DNA of 64,000 nucleotides from Octopus vulgaris (lineage: Eukaryota): NCBI GenBank assembly GCA_951406725.2, contig OX597819.1:4712001-4776000 (forward strand), read 5' to 3'. Shown piece by piece: positions 25,900-38,807 of the stretch. The position numbers were made by a program, and so were the translations under genes. The notes beneath the pieces were generated by a model that worked only from the letters and a program-made list of their open reading frames with translations, made no database searches and was not told the origin of the DNA. How positions within the stretch are numbered: the first letter of the stretch is position 1; each line of letters opens with the position of its first letter.

Positions 25900-26500
25900 G
25901 TCAATTGAAGTAGAGTGGTTGGAACTTCTGTATTTTCAACTCAATGACATCATTGACTTCTTCAAACTCTTTAGCATTAAAACTTTATCATCAATATCTA
26001 ACAGGGCTTGTAGGTTTTTACTGCCAGAGGGAAACCTGTAAAGTCACGGATACAGTCTGGTCACATGGTTTGCCAAACATTTGTAACTGATAGTTATACT
26101 TCATCCCATGACTTAGCTATGTTATCAATGGCCTCCATAATGTTAAACTTTTTGAAAAAGACTATGACTATAGGTTTATTCTCTACATTAATTGCTTCTA
26201 TGAATCGTTTCAAAATTATTCTTCCCAAATAATATGCCTTCAAGTTAGGTATCACACCTTGGTTAATTGGCTCAACAAATAAGTCATACTTTTCGGGTTA
26301 TATTTCATTCTCACATTTTCATGAAAATAATTAAAATTTATTGGGTGTTTTAGGGCGTAATCAAAAAGCGGTAATGCTTCATTGGAAATATTATGCCCGT
26401 ACTTACGTTTCTACAGCTCTGCGGAAGAATTTGTAATCTAGTTTTGGAAAAGGCTCGTAGTTATCTAACAATTCATATTTGAAAATTATTGGCAACAGAT
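25900..26500 (-). pseudogene. Decayed pogo/Tigger-like DDE transposase
   Basis: Minus strand reads EPINQGVIPNLKAYYLGR, KKFNIMEAIDNIAKSWDEV and PDCIRDFTGFP. Confidence 0.7.
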
Positions 26501-26543
26501 GCAATATTAATACCGAGAAGTAATATCCATCCTCAAAAAAACT

Positions 26544-26686
26544 ACATTGTGCTAGTAACCATGAGAGAAAATCTCATATGGGCTTTTGGTGCAAAATGCA
26601 CGCTTGTTTATATGTATATATAATTAAACGTGCATTTTGCACCAAAAGCCAATATGAGAGTTTCCCTTATGGTAACTACTACTGTA
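26544..26686. mobile_element. Foldback/MITE-like inverted repeat
   Basis: Arms ..CTCATATGGGCTTTTGGTGCAAAATGCACG / CGTGCATTTTGCACCAAAAGCCAATATGAG.. around an AT-rich spacer. Confidence 0.7.
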
Positions 26687-27967
26687 AAGTTTGTCTAACA
26701 GAACATCCACGTTTAAATGAGGATTAATTCTTATTTGAGCTCAAAATCCGAGGTAGGTATAATTTACCATAGCCTTTAAAAGCCCTTAGCTTTTGGTAGG
26801 ATACATAAGTAGAACATTTTCTACCACAAGGTATGTCGAACCTCTTTCCATATTACTGCAGAATTCCGTAACTAATTTCTGTGGCGTGAAAGATGCATAC
26901 CGCATACATTTTATCACACTTCCTGTTTTGGGTTGTTGTTTTTTTGTTATGAATACGAGAAGCAGACTGTCTTCAGTAGAACTGTAATATTTTTAATAAA
27001 GAAATTAATATCTCTATTTTTCATTGCTTACATCCTGTGTAAATGTGTAATGTTTGCTTATGTTATCAGTGATTAGCTGTGTCGCCTCATTGCAACAACT
27101 CATCGCGTCATCGACACCTGGAAAACATCACACCACTTTCGAAGTAAATTTAGAATTACGGCAGAAAAATGGGAGGCCACCCATGTTACGTGGATGTTAG
27201 ATAAGGACCTAGCATTATACACCAAGATTACTTTGGAGGTCCAAAAATCCATGTGATATACAGCTGGATTTGGAAAGATAATGACGATCTTTGAATGTTT
27301 GTATATATCTTTACACTATATACTATGTCGATTTGTATGCCGAAAAATGTAGTATATCGAAGTTCCACAATCTCTGTGTTACAGAAAAACTCCATATTAT
27401 GCACCTACTCAAATCCAAAGCAATTTTTCACCAATTCTAAGCAAAAGACTTAACTAATTTCGTTAAAATTAATTCTTGTAAATTTCAAAATAGAATTCCT
27501 TCATGCACGATAACTGAAAGTTGATGGCGACGACCGTATGATCATTTGAAGACGAAGTGAACGCAATTTACATCATAACCATATCAATCTACTGACGCGC
27601 ATAGCCGAGTGAACGAAACCTGGTTCTGAAATGTAATCCTGTTTAACTTATATATAAATAAACATATATCAGACAACACACTTCTAACACAAGGTTGTCT
27701 CGAGTACTTTAATGACTTTGTACTACAAGATAAACAAGAACCATTTGTATATATGTATGTATTATTTATGCATGCATGTATCTACGTATGTCTCTATATG
27801 TATATGTGTGTGTGTGTGTGCGCGCGCGTATATATATAACATATATGCTATATAGAATTATATATCATATAATCCACTACTCTCTCACGCATACACACGC
27901 GCCCATATACATATATATATCTCTATATATATGTGTGTGTGTGTATATATGTATGTATATGTATGTA

Positions 27968-28001
<34 letters not shown>

Positions 28002-28536
28002 CAAACATATATGTGTGTGTGTGTATGTCAGTATGTAAGTATGTATGTATGACTGCATAAACATATATACACACATTATTATACATATAATTGCCACCCA
28101 CAATGTTGAAGAGAACTCTTTCGTCTTGTTCTCCTATCCCCTTATCTGAAAAATTCTCTTCCAAGCTCCTCTGCATATATATCAGTGCATGTTAACTTTA
28201 AGTGCTAAAACGTTCTGTTATTTGGTCCGTGACCTCTGATATCAAACATGCTATCAAATAGCATAAAAACTTTGATAACACTTCAAGAAGCATTTCAAGT
28301 CTTTTAATGATTTGACACGTGTCACAACGACTAAAACGAAAGCACGGAAACAGTAGAATAGAATAAAAGTTATTATTGTCAATGGGTAGATAACTAATCA
28401 CTGGAAAAGACTTTTCTTTTGACGAGTAATCTCGTTTGTGTTTTTACTCCACGTATGGCGAGTCTGAAAAATACATAGGAACATGATTCACTGCACTAAC
28501 ACACGCATACAGATAAATATGTTTATGTATGTACGC

Positions 28537-28622
<86 letters not shown>

Positions 28623-28684
28623 AAATTATAATAATAATAATTATTATTATAATAATAATAATAGTAATAATAATAATAATAATA

Positions 28685-28715
<31 letters not shown>

Positions 28716-28728
28716 TGATAATAATAAT

Positions 28729-29182
28729 TACAGCAAATATTCTGCTCAATAACACAGATTTGCTTGTCAGTTGTTTGACCTTAACCAGTTGAGCATGTCC
28801 CTTAGTGGCTGACGATATGTGTACCTCTGATCATGAGCAGAAGTAGTGGGGGAGCATCATAGCCATATGTTGAGAGGGATTCTTTGGGATTTGAATAATT
28901 CACCTCTGGAAACTTGGGTGGTTCGTTCAACATCCTTAAACAACCCTTATTCAGGGACCTTTTGAGCAGGATGGGCTACTCAACCTGAAGAAAATTCTAA
29001 CTGGGTCCCACCTGCAAGGTCATGTGCTGTTTATCTTGATATGAGATCACCATGTCGTGCACATATGGTTGTGATGCATGTGCCTGGTGTACCCTTATCA
29101 GACTGGTGGTCATGATGGGTATATTGGGCTTCGTATATTTTACCCCAGTGTCACTTTGATGGTATGAACTGCTCTCTCACTC
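28729..29182. mobile_element. (AAT)n-embedded interspersed repeat, shorter copy
   Basis: Highly similar to 29541-29995; flanked by (AAT)n on both sides. Confidence 0.85.
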
Positions 29183-29221
<39 letters not shown>

Positions 29222-29251
29222 TATAATAATAATAATAATAATAATAATAAT

Positions 29252-29361
<110 letters not shown>

Positions 29362-29437
29362 CAACAACAACAACTACAATAATAATAATAATATTAATAA
29401 TAATAATATTATTAATAATAATAATAATAATAATAAT

Positions 29438-29995
29438 AAATGCCCTGATGCAGTACCAGGCAGTGGCTCTCATGGCTTCTAATCTTAACTGATTGGAAGT
29501 ATTATCGTGTGCATTGTTTTTTGTTGGTATAAAAGATGGCCTACAGCAAATATTCTGCTCAATAACACAGATTTGCATGTCAGTTGCTTGACCCTAACCA
29601 GTTGACCATGTCCCTTAGTGGCTGACGATATGTGCATCTCTGATCACGAGCAGAAGTAGTGGAGGAGCATCATAGCCATGTGTTTAAAGGGATTCTTTGG
29701 GGTTTGAATAATTCACCTCTGGAAACATGGGTGTTTCGTTCAACATCCTTAAACAACCCTTATTCAGGGACCTTTCGAGTGGGATGGGTTACTCGACCTG
29801 AAGAAAATTCTAACTGGGCCCCACCTGCAAGGTCATGTGCTGTTTATTTTGATATGAGATCACTATGTCGCACACATATGGTTGTGATGCATGTGCCTAG
29901 TGTACCCTTATCAGACGGGTAGTCATGATGGGTATACTAGGCTTCGTATATTTTACCCCAGGGTCACTTTGATGGCATGAACTGCTCTCTCACTC
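29438..29995. mobile_element. (AAT)n-embedded interspersed repeat, longer copy
   Basis: Same CTCTCTCACTC|AATAAT end as the preceding copy. Confidence 0.85.
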
Positions 29996-30103
29996 AATAA
30001 TAATAATAATAATAATAATAAAATGTAACAACAAAAGTATGACACCTTGAGAAATAGAGGATTATTTATACATCTTAGAGTTTAGACCAAACAGTAAAAG
30101 ATC

Positions 30104-30175
30104 GTCATTATAGTACTCGGAGTTTCGAATGTCGGAGCGAATAGTTACGATACATTCTCGTCGGCTATTAATGGC
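30104..30175 (-). ncRNA. Type I hammerhead motif with CCGACGA core
   Basis: Minus strand CATT-a-ATAG-CCGACGA-GAATGT..ACATTC-GAAA-CTCCGAG-TA-CTAT-AATG. Confidence 0.7.
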
Positions 30176-30485
30176 AACAGACGCTATGAAAAAAAACCTT
30201 AACTAAAAGGGAAGTAACTCTAATAGAAAGAAAAACAAAAAGAAGAAAGATAAAAAGTACACGAAACCAAATTCTCACAATACATAGACATAAACCTCCT
30301 GCGTTCGCAACGTCTACATGCGTACACACTCACACAAGCACATATACATACATGTACACACACACACGCAAACAATCATATATGTATTATGTACTCATAC
30401 ATACACACATATCCTCACATGTATGACTGCCGTAAGGCTTTCCATCCACACACGCAAACTTAATTTAATTCGTCCTTAGTCGAAG

Positions 30486-30770
30486 TTGTTATGTCCTGTT
30501 ATTTGTATTTGTGTAAGCTTCTCCGTTTTTTTTCTGTCCTTGTTTTCGTATACATTCGCTGCTTTCTTCCAAGGAATCTAATGCTCTTAGTTTAGTTTTT
30601 CCTTGGGGCTGACCGAAATTGCAAAGAGAAGCTGGAACTCGACCGAGGAAAGAAAACTCCGAATGACCCGTCCTTGTTTTCTTTGTATCGTCTATGTGGA
30701 TGTTTTGTTGTCCCTTTTTTGTATCAACTAACTGTCTGGATGTTTTGCGTTCTTGTGTTCCATTTTGTAT
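30486..30770 (+). mobile_element. Diverged relative of the 845-bp repeat family, partial ribozyme-like motif
   Basis: TCTAATGCTC.TAG upstream motif; GAAA at 30615 and CCGAGGA at 30643 with the 24-nt spacing; first segment absent. Confidence 0.6.
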
Positions 30771-30954
30771 ATACATATGTGTGTGTGTGTATTTATGTAT
30801 ATATGTATGTACGCAACCTCATCCTCATTTACACATAGTTGCTTACGTGCATACACGTAACATAATACATATATATTTAGACATTTATAGTATACATATA
30901 CGTATTTATATTCATACATACATTCACACTCCCGAACACACACACATATGTATA

Positions 30955-31027
<73 letters not shown>

Positions 31028-31151
31028 ATGTGTGTGTATATACACCCTCCCGTCACACACCTACACCCGCACATATACAAATGCATGCATATCCGTATAA
31101 ATGAAGTTGGCACAGCATTACACTCATATACATACATATACACATACACAT

Positions 31152-31340
31152 ACAGTTGCGGCCAAAAGGTTCAGAACGGCATTGTTTTCGTCAGAAAAGT
31201 AGTTATAAGTTTTTATCAAAGTTGTTTTATATTCTATAATTTTTACAGACAATAAATACAATATTATTTGTTATTGTCTGAGATTTTGGTGTAAATTGAG
31301 ATTATAATACAAAAGTTATTATTATCATCTGTTCTTATTG
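31152..31340 (+). mobile_element. Tc1/mariner-like end
   Basis: TA followed by CAGTTGCGGCCAAAAG; partner TIR not found. Confidence 0.45.
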
Positions 31341-31599
31341 CCGGTGGTGAAACGCAAGGCCTCCTTATTTTACGAAAAATGTTTTGTAGTATTTACAGGA
31401 CTACAAAATTAATTCAACTCACTTTTTCCTGACCACAGTAAGTTTTTCTAAGTAATTAATAGATTAAAATTACTGATGTATTCTTTAATGAATAAAAGAT
31501 TCAGTAAAAGGTCACGTTAATTCAACTCCGTACCCCGTGGATACGGAGTTGAATTAAATTTGAAACACAAATTCTCAGTTTTGAAATCCCTGATGATAT

Positions 31600-31860
31600 T
31601 TAAAATGAATTTTTGGATCTAAAGAATGACCCAGGAGCAAATAATATGTTCGATAAGAAACTAATCACAAAATGTTGACCCTTGCTGGGTGATTTAAACT
31701 CGAAAATAATAGAAAGAGCTGTACATGCATTGCTTATATTTGCGTCATGGAAACGAAACAACCTAAGTTGGAAATAATCTGTGTTGAGCTCTTTCGAGCA
31801 CTTTTCCATGTATCCAAGAATTGATGAAGAAAAAAACAAGCTCGAGTTTCTCATTGACTG
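31600..31860 (+). pseudogene. Possible hAT transposase C-terminal remnant
   Basis: NEFLDLKND...AVHALLIFAS..RNNL...PRI resembles the hAT dimerisation region; contains stops. Confidence 0.4.
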
Positions 31861-32323
31861 CAATTCATGAGAATAAAATGAATTACTATACCCTGCCATT
31901 TTATTGAATTTTTTTAAAAATTATTGAATTATGCTTCAGTAACTTCAATCTATTAATTGATTAGTTAGAAATATAAAAACTACTTTGGTTCAAGTTTTAA
32001 ATCAATCAGTATTTTCTATTGTTATTAAATTTAAAAACTCCATTATAAAAAAAATGCGTTTGTGCTAATATATAATGAAAATAAGATATTCAATATCATA
32101 GTCACATGATTTGGAACGCACTTTTTGACTGAGGCAATCTTGGAGGCGGATGTAGAATGTCGAAAACGGCGCATAAAGCATAAACGTCGAAAACCACTGC
32201 AATGGAATCTGTGTGACCGAAGACTTGACTGCTGCTTATTGTAGGGCAGACGAGTGTCTATGCAAAGCACTTTAACAAAATCTGACAGCATCATAATACT
32301 CTGCAGCTGGGTTTCCCCTTAAC

Positions 32324-32384
<61 letters not shown>

Positions 32385-32537
32385 CAATAAAGAGTTACAA
32401 CAGAAGAGAAGCGGGTGAATAAAACAATGAGAAGAAAAAATGGAAAAGAAAAGTAGATTTGGACTAAAGTGGAAGAGACTGCTAGATATCTACCCACGCA
32501 CAAACATACGCATGCAAACGCACACATACACACATAA

Positions 32538-32598
<61 letters not shown>

Positions 32599-32667
32599 TG
32601 TGTGTGTGTGCGTGTGTGTGCGTGTGTGTGTGCGTGCGTGTGTGTGTGTGTGTGTGCGTGTGTAAGC

Positions 32668-32739
<72 letters not shown>

Positions 32740-32807
32740 GTAAGCGTGCGTGTGTGTGTGTGTGTGTGTCTGCGTGTGTGTGTGTGTGTGTGCGTGTGTG
32801 TGTGTGC

Positions 32808-32860
<53 letters not shown>

Positions 32861-32862
32861 TG
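32538..32862. repeat. (TG)n microsatellite
   Basis: Direct reading. Confidence 0.95.
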
Positions 32863-33149
32863 TTATGTGTGACTTTAAACTGCATACGGTAGCGAAGCTC
32901 TGGTTCGAGATTTCCAGGATTTCGAGGAAAATCGAACCTCAACTTAGCACCTGTCGTTCCCAGCTATGCTCTAACTCGGAGTAGTAGCACCTGTCAGAGT
33001 CCCAGCTATGGATAATTTTGCATATTATGTAAAACCACTGGGAGTGAGGAACTCCTAGCTGTTGTCACATCATCCTTCTAGGAGAGGGACAGTCTGACTT
33101 CCTCATTCTCATACATTCATCTGGTGGAACGACAAGAGCAGATGATTGC

Positions 33150-33420
33150 AATTGGGGTATCATAAGGATGACATTCCAAAGATCTCTGAAAGTATCACGA
33201 ATCAACTCAATCTTGGTCCTTTTGGAGGCTTCAGTTAAGCTACCATTGTGTGAAAAATGAAAAATATGCCAAAAGATATCCTGGAATATCTCTTTGAAAC
33301 TCAGACAGATAATGAGGGATACCGCCTTTACCGCAAGAATAACATCTTTACCGAATATATACACCCGAATATGGAGGCAAAGAAATTATAACAGTTATTG
33401 AAGAAATGACTTTGAATAAT
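33150..33420 (-). pseudogene. Possible piggyBac transposase remnant
   Basis: EIFQDIFWHIFHFSHN...TKIELIRDTFRDLWNVIL resembles RF..I...LHF.DN...DKL..IR. Confidence 0.4.
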
Positions 33421-34416
33421 CGATGCGTAGACTTCACAAGGTGTTGTGCAAGCTGCGAGCTTCTGAAAGCCCACATCAGTGTTGATTTATCTTTTATTTT
33501 GTTTTTTAATAGTTTCAGTTAGTACAATGAATCGACCCCAGTAGTTTTTTTCCTTTTTATTTTTTTTAGCTTGGTACTTATTCTCTGTTCCTGAATCGCC
33601 AAGTTACGGGTACGTAAACATACCAACACCGGTTATCAAGCGGTAGCGGTGGACAGACAGACATGCACACACACACACTCTCTCTCTCTCTCTCTCTCAG
33701 ATATATATATATATAACAAATTAAAAAGGGTGGCTTATTAACAGTTAGAACCTTGAGGCAAAATTAATAGAGGTCACAAAAGTGATAGAGGATACTGACT
33801 AGTACCCCTTTTGCTAATGATAAGAGTTAAAATAATTCAAAAGCTACAAAATCATTGTCTTAATGACTGACAAAGGGAGGTAAGTCCCCAACGTACGTAG
33901 CCGGATCGTAATATATATATATATATATATATATAAATTAGAAAAAAACACCTTTTATCAAATCAAAATGAACAATTAAACTACACCATCTAGAAAATTA
34001 CATAATAATTACAAAATAATAAAAACGTATATATTTGGTATATATACGTATATATACCAAATATATACGTTTTTATTATTTTGCAATTTACTTAATCATC
34101 GGTATATTATTGTTATTTTAATTTTAATATTTCTATTATATGTAATTTTTTAGATGGTGTAATTTAATTGTTCATTTTGAATTGATAAAAGGTGTTTTTT
34201 TTTTCTAATTTATATATATATATATAATATTATATATATATATATATATATATTGGGAAATTTGATTTAGTATTTCTAAATTGAAGTTTTCCCAGTAAGT
34301 TAGGAATAATATTCCCTCTCCCCTTCTTTCCTGAGCGTCCAATAATACTTTATTTGTTCCACGTCCTCGCGTTGCTGTGTTATTTTGTGTTTTCTTGTTT
34401 GGATTAACTATATATA

Positions 34417-34459
<43 letters not shown>

Positions 34460-34621
34460 ATAAAAACGGTAAGATAACAAAAGAAAGAAAAAGAGACCTC
34501 GATATTATGTAAATAGAGGAATTTATCTGTAAATGTAATATGTGACAATTATTCACTAGCCAAGATAAAACTCCGAGTTGTCCCAGTTTGAAGGATTATG
34601 GTTAGAGTTAGGGTTAGGGTT

Positions 34622-34945
34622 GGACAACGTTTCACAGTGAAAAGCAACTTCACATGTGCTTCGGAGAACCTATATACACACTAACCTGCTCTGGGTGTCA
34701 AGAACAATACATAGGCCAAACAAGAAATAATTTACGTAAAAGAATGGCCTTGCACAGATCCTAGATAAAAATTCCCCAAAACAGAAAAATTGCATTCAGC
34801 CAACACAGATATTTGCGCCAACAACAAAATTCCAAGCTTCGGAATTTTTCCCCTCTACCAATTCAGGGACGATACAAACTGGAACCAACGAATTAGTAAA
34901 GAAACTCTCTTTATTACAAAATACAGGCCCCTTCTGAACGCGTCT
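34622..34945 (+). pseudogene. Penelope-like element GIY-YIG endonuclease remnant
   Basis: FTVKSNFTCASENL/YTLTCSGCQEQYIGQTRNNLRKRMALHRS...RISKETLFITKYRPLLN, with frameshifts and a stop. Confidence 0.8.
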
Positions 34946-35190
34946 ACGACAAACGATATATCCACCTCGGCCTTAGAATAACACAAATACACACGCAAAT
35001 ATTACATTCCTAAGAACCCATTAAAAATCAGACCCAATCACTGCTATAATCCATAACGTGCTAACTTTGTCATCCAATACCTCGCTACTTTCACTCATTC
35101 ATATTCTCCTTCTTCTTCTTCTTCTTCTTCTTCTTCTTCTTCTTCTTTGATGAAAAATCTCAGCTTATAGGATATCGCGGTCAAGTATTC

Positions 35191-35276
<86 letters not shown>

Positions 35277-35277
35277 T

Positions 35278-35704
35278 GGCGCAGGAGTGGCTGTGTGGTA
35301 AGTAGCTTGTTTACCAACCACACGGTTCCGGGTTCAGTCCCACTGCGTGGCACCTTGGGCAAGTGTCTTCTACTATAGCCTCGGGCCGACCAAAGCCTTG
35401 TGAGTGGATTTGGTAGACGGAAACTGAAAGAAGCCCGTCGTATATATGTATATATATATGTGTATATATATGTGTATATATATGTGTGTGTGTGCGTGTA
35501 TGTTTGTATGTCTGTGTTTGTCCCCCAGCATCGCTTGACAACCGATGCTGGTGTGTTTATGTCCCCGTCACTTAGCGGTTCGACAAAAGAGACGGATAGA
35601 ATAAGTACTGGGCTTACAAAGAATAAGTCCCGGGGTCGAGTTGCTCGATTGAAGGTGTTGCTCCAGCATGGCCGCAGTCAAATGACTGAAACAAGTAAAA
35701 GAGA

Positions 35705-35706
<2 letters not shown>
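35278..35706 (+). mobile_element. SINE family A, full length
   Basis: A/B boxes, CORE-like GGCACCTTGGGCAAGTG, tail GAAACAAGTAAAAGAGAG. Confidence 0.92.
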
Positions 35707-35750
<44 letters not shown>

Positions 35751-35992
35751 TTATTATATGAAGGAGTTCTACAGGAAACATTCAAGAGAAATCTTCAGAA
35801 GATTAACAAGAATTGTATTGGCATTTATACATTTAGGCAGGTTTAAACCTGCCTAAATGTATAAATGCCAATACAATTCTTGTTATATATGAATGAACAG
35901 TTCTAGTCCTGTAAATATATAATAAATTAATTTTACTCTGCTATGTATTAGTACCTTATTTACTGTGGTTAACCCCGAATCAACCCGGGACC

Positions 35993-36042
<50 letters not shown>

Positions 36043-36045
<3 letters not shown>

Positions 36046-36254
36046 TTTACTCTTTTACTCGTTTCAGTTATTTGACTGCGGCCACGCCGCTGGACCACCG
36101 TCTTTTAGTCGAGCAAATCAACTCCAGGACTTATTTTTTGTAAGCCTAATACTTATTCTATCGGACACTTATGCCGAACCGCTAAGTGACGGGGACATAA
36201 ACACACCAGGATCGGTTATCAAGCGATGTTGGGAGGACAAACATAGACACACAA

Positions 36255-36331
<77 letters not shown>

Positions 36332-36502
36332 CATATATACGACGGGCTTCTTTCAGTTTCCGTCTACCAAATCCACTCACAAGGCTTTGGTCGGCCCGAG
36401 GCTATAGTAGAAGACACTTGCCCAAGGTGCCACGCAGTGGGACTGAACCCGGAATCCTGTAGTTGGTAAGCAAGCTACTTACCACACAGCCACACCTGCG
36501 CC
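36043..36502 (-). mobile_element. SINE family A, full length
   Basis: Reverse complement of 35278-35706. Confidence 0.92.
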
Positions 36503-36908
36503 TATTTTTCTATGCATGCATATGTTTATGTATGGATTTATGCTGTTTGTGCGTTCGTCGTTTCTATATTGTATTTCGTTTATTATTGTTTTGTCTAAGA
36601 GTTCGCCCTTTATTCTTTTGGCATTATACATACATGTGGCTATAAGAATTGTTTTTCTTTTATCTTAACAGTAAATTTTGATAAGTCACAAAAGATCCGA
36701 GTTTTGTGGGGGGGTTTTCTTGGTGAAACACGTGCAAGTGCACTTACCAAAATTTACCATCTTAATTATTTCTCTTTACTCAATACGGGATCAAGGGGTA
36801 GATTTTGAAAATATTGTTTTATCGGGTGAAACTCCAATGGTAATTTGGTTGAAGTCCCTGGAACAATCATATTTTCTACCAAATAAAATTAACATTTGTT
36901 ATTTATAA

Positions 36909-36990
36909 CTTGCAGTGGTCGAGTGGTTAAGGTGAGAGACTGCTAATCCATTGGGTTATTCCCGTGTGAGTTTCAATCTCATCCTCATTG
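36909..36990 (+). pseudogene. tRNA-Ser(GCT) pseudogene
   Basis: GTGGTCGAGTGGTTAAGG..GACTGCTAATCCATTG, long variable arm, 82 nt; acceptor stem and T loop (GTTTCAATC) damaged. Confidence 0.75.
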
Positions 36991-37005
36991 GTTTGCTCTT
37001 TTAGT

Positions 37006-37292
37006 GTGGAGGTACATGGTCTAGCGGTTAGAGCAGCGGCTTCGCGGGTTCGAATCTCAGACCGGGCGATGTGTGTATTTATAAGCAAAGCACCTAAGCT
37101 CCACGCGGCTCTGGCAGAAGGTAATGGCGGACTTCTTCTGACTCTTTCGCCACAACTTTCTCTCACTCTTTCCTCCTGCATCTTGCAGCTCACCTGCGAC
37201 GGACCGGCGTCCCGTCGAAGTGGGAAACCTATACGCCAAGGAAACCGGGAAACCGGCCCCATGAGCCAGGTGTGGCTCGAGAAGGAACAAAC
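37006..37292 (+). mobile_element. SINE related to family B (shared head, different tail)
   Basis: CAGACCGGGCG.TGTG.GT.TTTAT..GC.AA.CACCTAAGCTCCACG, then a different 3' region. Confidence 0.75.
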
Positions 37293-37554
37293 ATGTATAA
37301 CTTTGTTTGAATAAATGCCACGTACGAAACTTATGTAGCTGTTAAACCAGCCAACTATGAAAGTTTACACTCAAGGAAGATCAACTGAAACTCACTCAAT
37401 TCTAGACCAACTCCTGGTCATAAAACTTCAACAAAACTGAACAAAAAAATCGGTGGTGATAAACAAAGAATAAAGCCGAGTTCAGGCATGGCCGTAAGTC
37501 CATCGACTAAAACTACTGAGAGAATATATAATATAGATACGTACATACATTGCG

Positions 37555-37587
<33 letters not shown>

Positions 37588-37669
37588 GTTACTCAGCGTG
37601 AAACCCAATACATTCCTTGTACACCTCTTGTCTGTTAATGTTAATTTTATTCTTCGTTTATTTGAATTG

Positions 37670-37722
<53 letters not shown>

Positions 37723-38567
37723 GTGTGTTGTGCATATAGATATAGACAGAAACACACACACACATAAAGAGATACATGCCTGCATATACATGTATATGTA
37801 TGTATTTACATACACACATGCATACAGACAAGCAGGCAGGCAGGCAGGCGTACGTATGTACGTATAACATCGAAGACTGTGATCAGTCTGCATTACCGTC
37901 ACCATTACCTTCATAAACACATCCACAAATACTCCATCCGCAAGATAACCATCATTAACCACAACCAAGTCTTCCGTTACCGTGACCACCATCACCATCG
38001 TCGGCTCCATTATCATTAACTACATATATTCTCCCCAGCCAACATAGAAGCCGGTACATTGTCGCTCGGTTAACTAGAAATAACAAACAAATACCCCTCG
38101 ATTCAGCTCCTAGCATCGTTAACAAGAAAGGACACATAAGCTAATGTATTCGTATGTACTCCTAAAAAGATGGAATGGTCATGGCTGAAGGCCTGAAGCC
38201 ATATATTTTCATCATCAGGATTGGTTTAGTGGGAGTAGTGTTTGTGTAAACAGCTACCATCATCGCTGTCAGATCAAAGAGCGAGCATCTGAATGTACGT
38301 CCGTTATACTAAAAATCACATCCACATATACCTGAAATTAGAATCTATCGTCTGTTTTCACAAAAATGAAGGATACGAGCTAATGAAAAAATATTTACGT
38401 GGTCACTTGGTGTGTTGCAACAGGGAGCTGAATTTTCCTTCAAATCTCACGCTACTGTCTTTGAAAAAAAAAACATGTTGGATTATATATTGATCATGGC
38501 TAGAATCTCTTTTGCGGTAGGTTTTCTTTATAAGGACTGACCTGGGGCTAAACAACTGCAATAGTAA

Positions 38568-38807
38568 CAAGGGAGGTAAGTGAGGAATGAAAGCAAAAGA
38601 GATTGAAAAATAAGAGGGAGGGGGAAAGGGATTAAGGAATACGAGAGGGGGAAAATGAAATCGGAGGGACAGAGGAACGAGAGGGAGAGACAAAAGAGAG
38701 ATAAAGAGAGAGAGAAGGAAGGAAGGACTAAGAGGAGAAAAGCGAGGACGAGAGGGTGAGAGAGACAGAGAGGGAAAGGGAGGGAAAGAGAAACAAAGTG
38801 AAAGAGA
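38568..38807 (-). repeat. Purine-rich repeat, inverted copy of 39338-39568
   Basis: AAAGCAAAAGAGATTGAAAAATAAGAGGGAGGGGGAAAG matches the reverse complement at ~39507-39546. Confidence 0.8.

Noticed and set aside
25752-27454. 88-bp inverted repeats as the native TIRs of the enclosed pogo-like element
   Set aside because: Perfect identity conflicts with the decayed interior, and the ends lack the TA|CAG signature
36909-36990. Functional tRNA-Ser
   Set aside because: Acceptor and anticodon stem mismatches and an altered T loop
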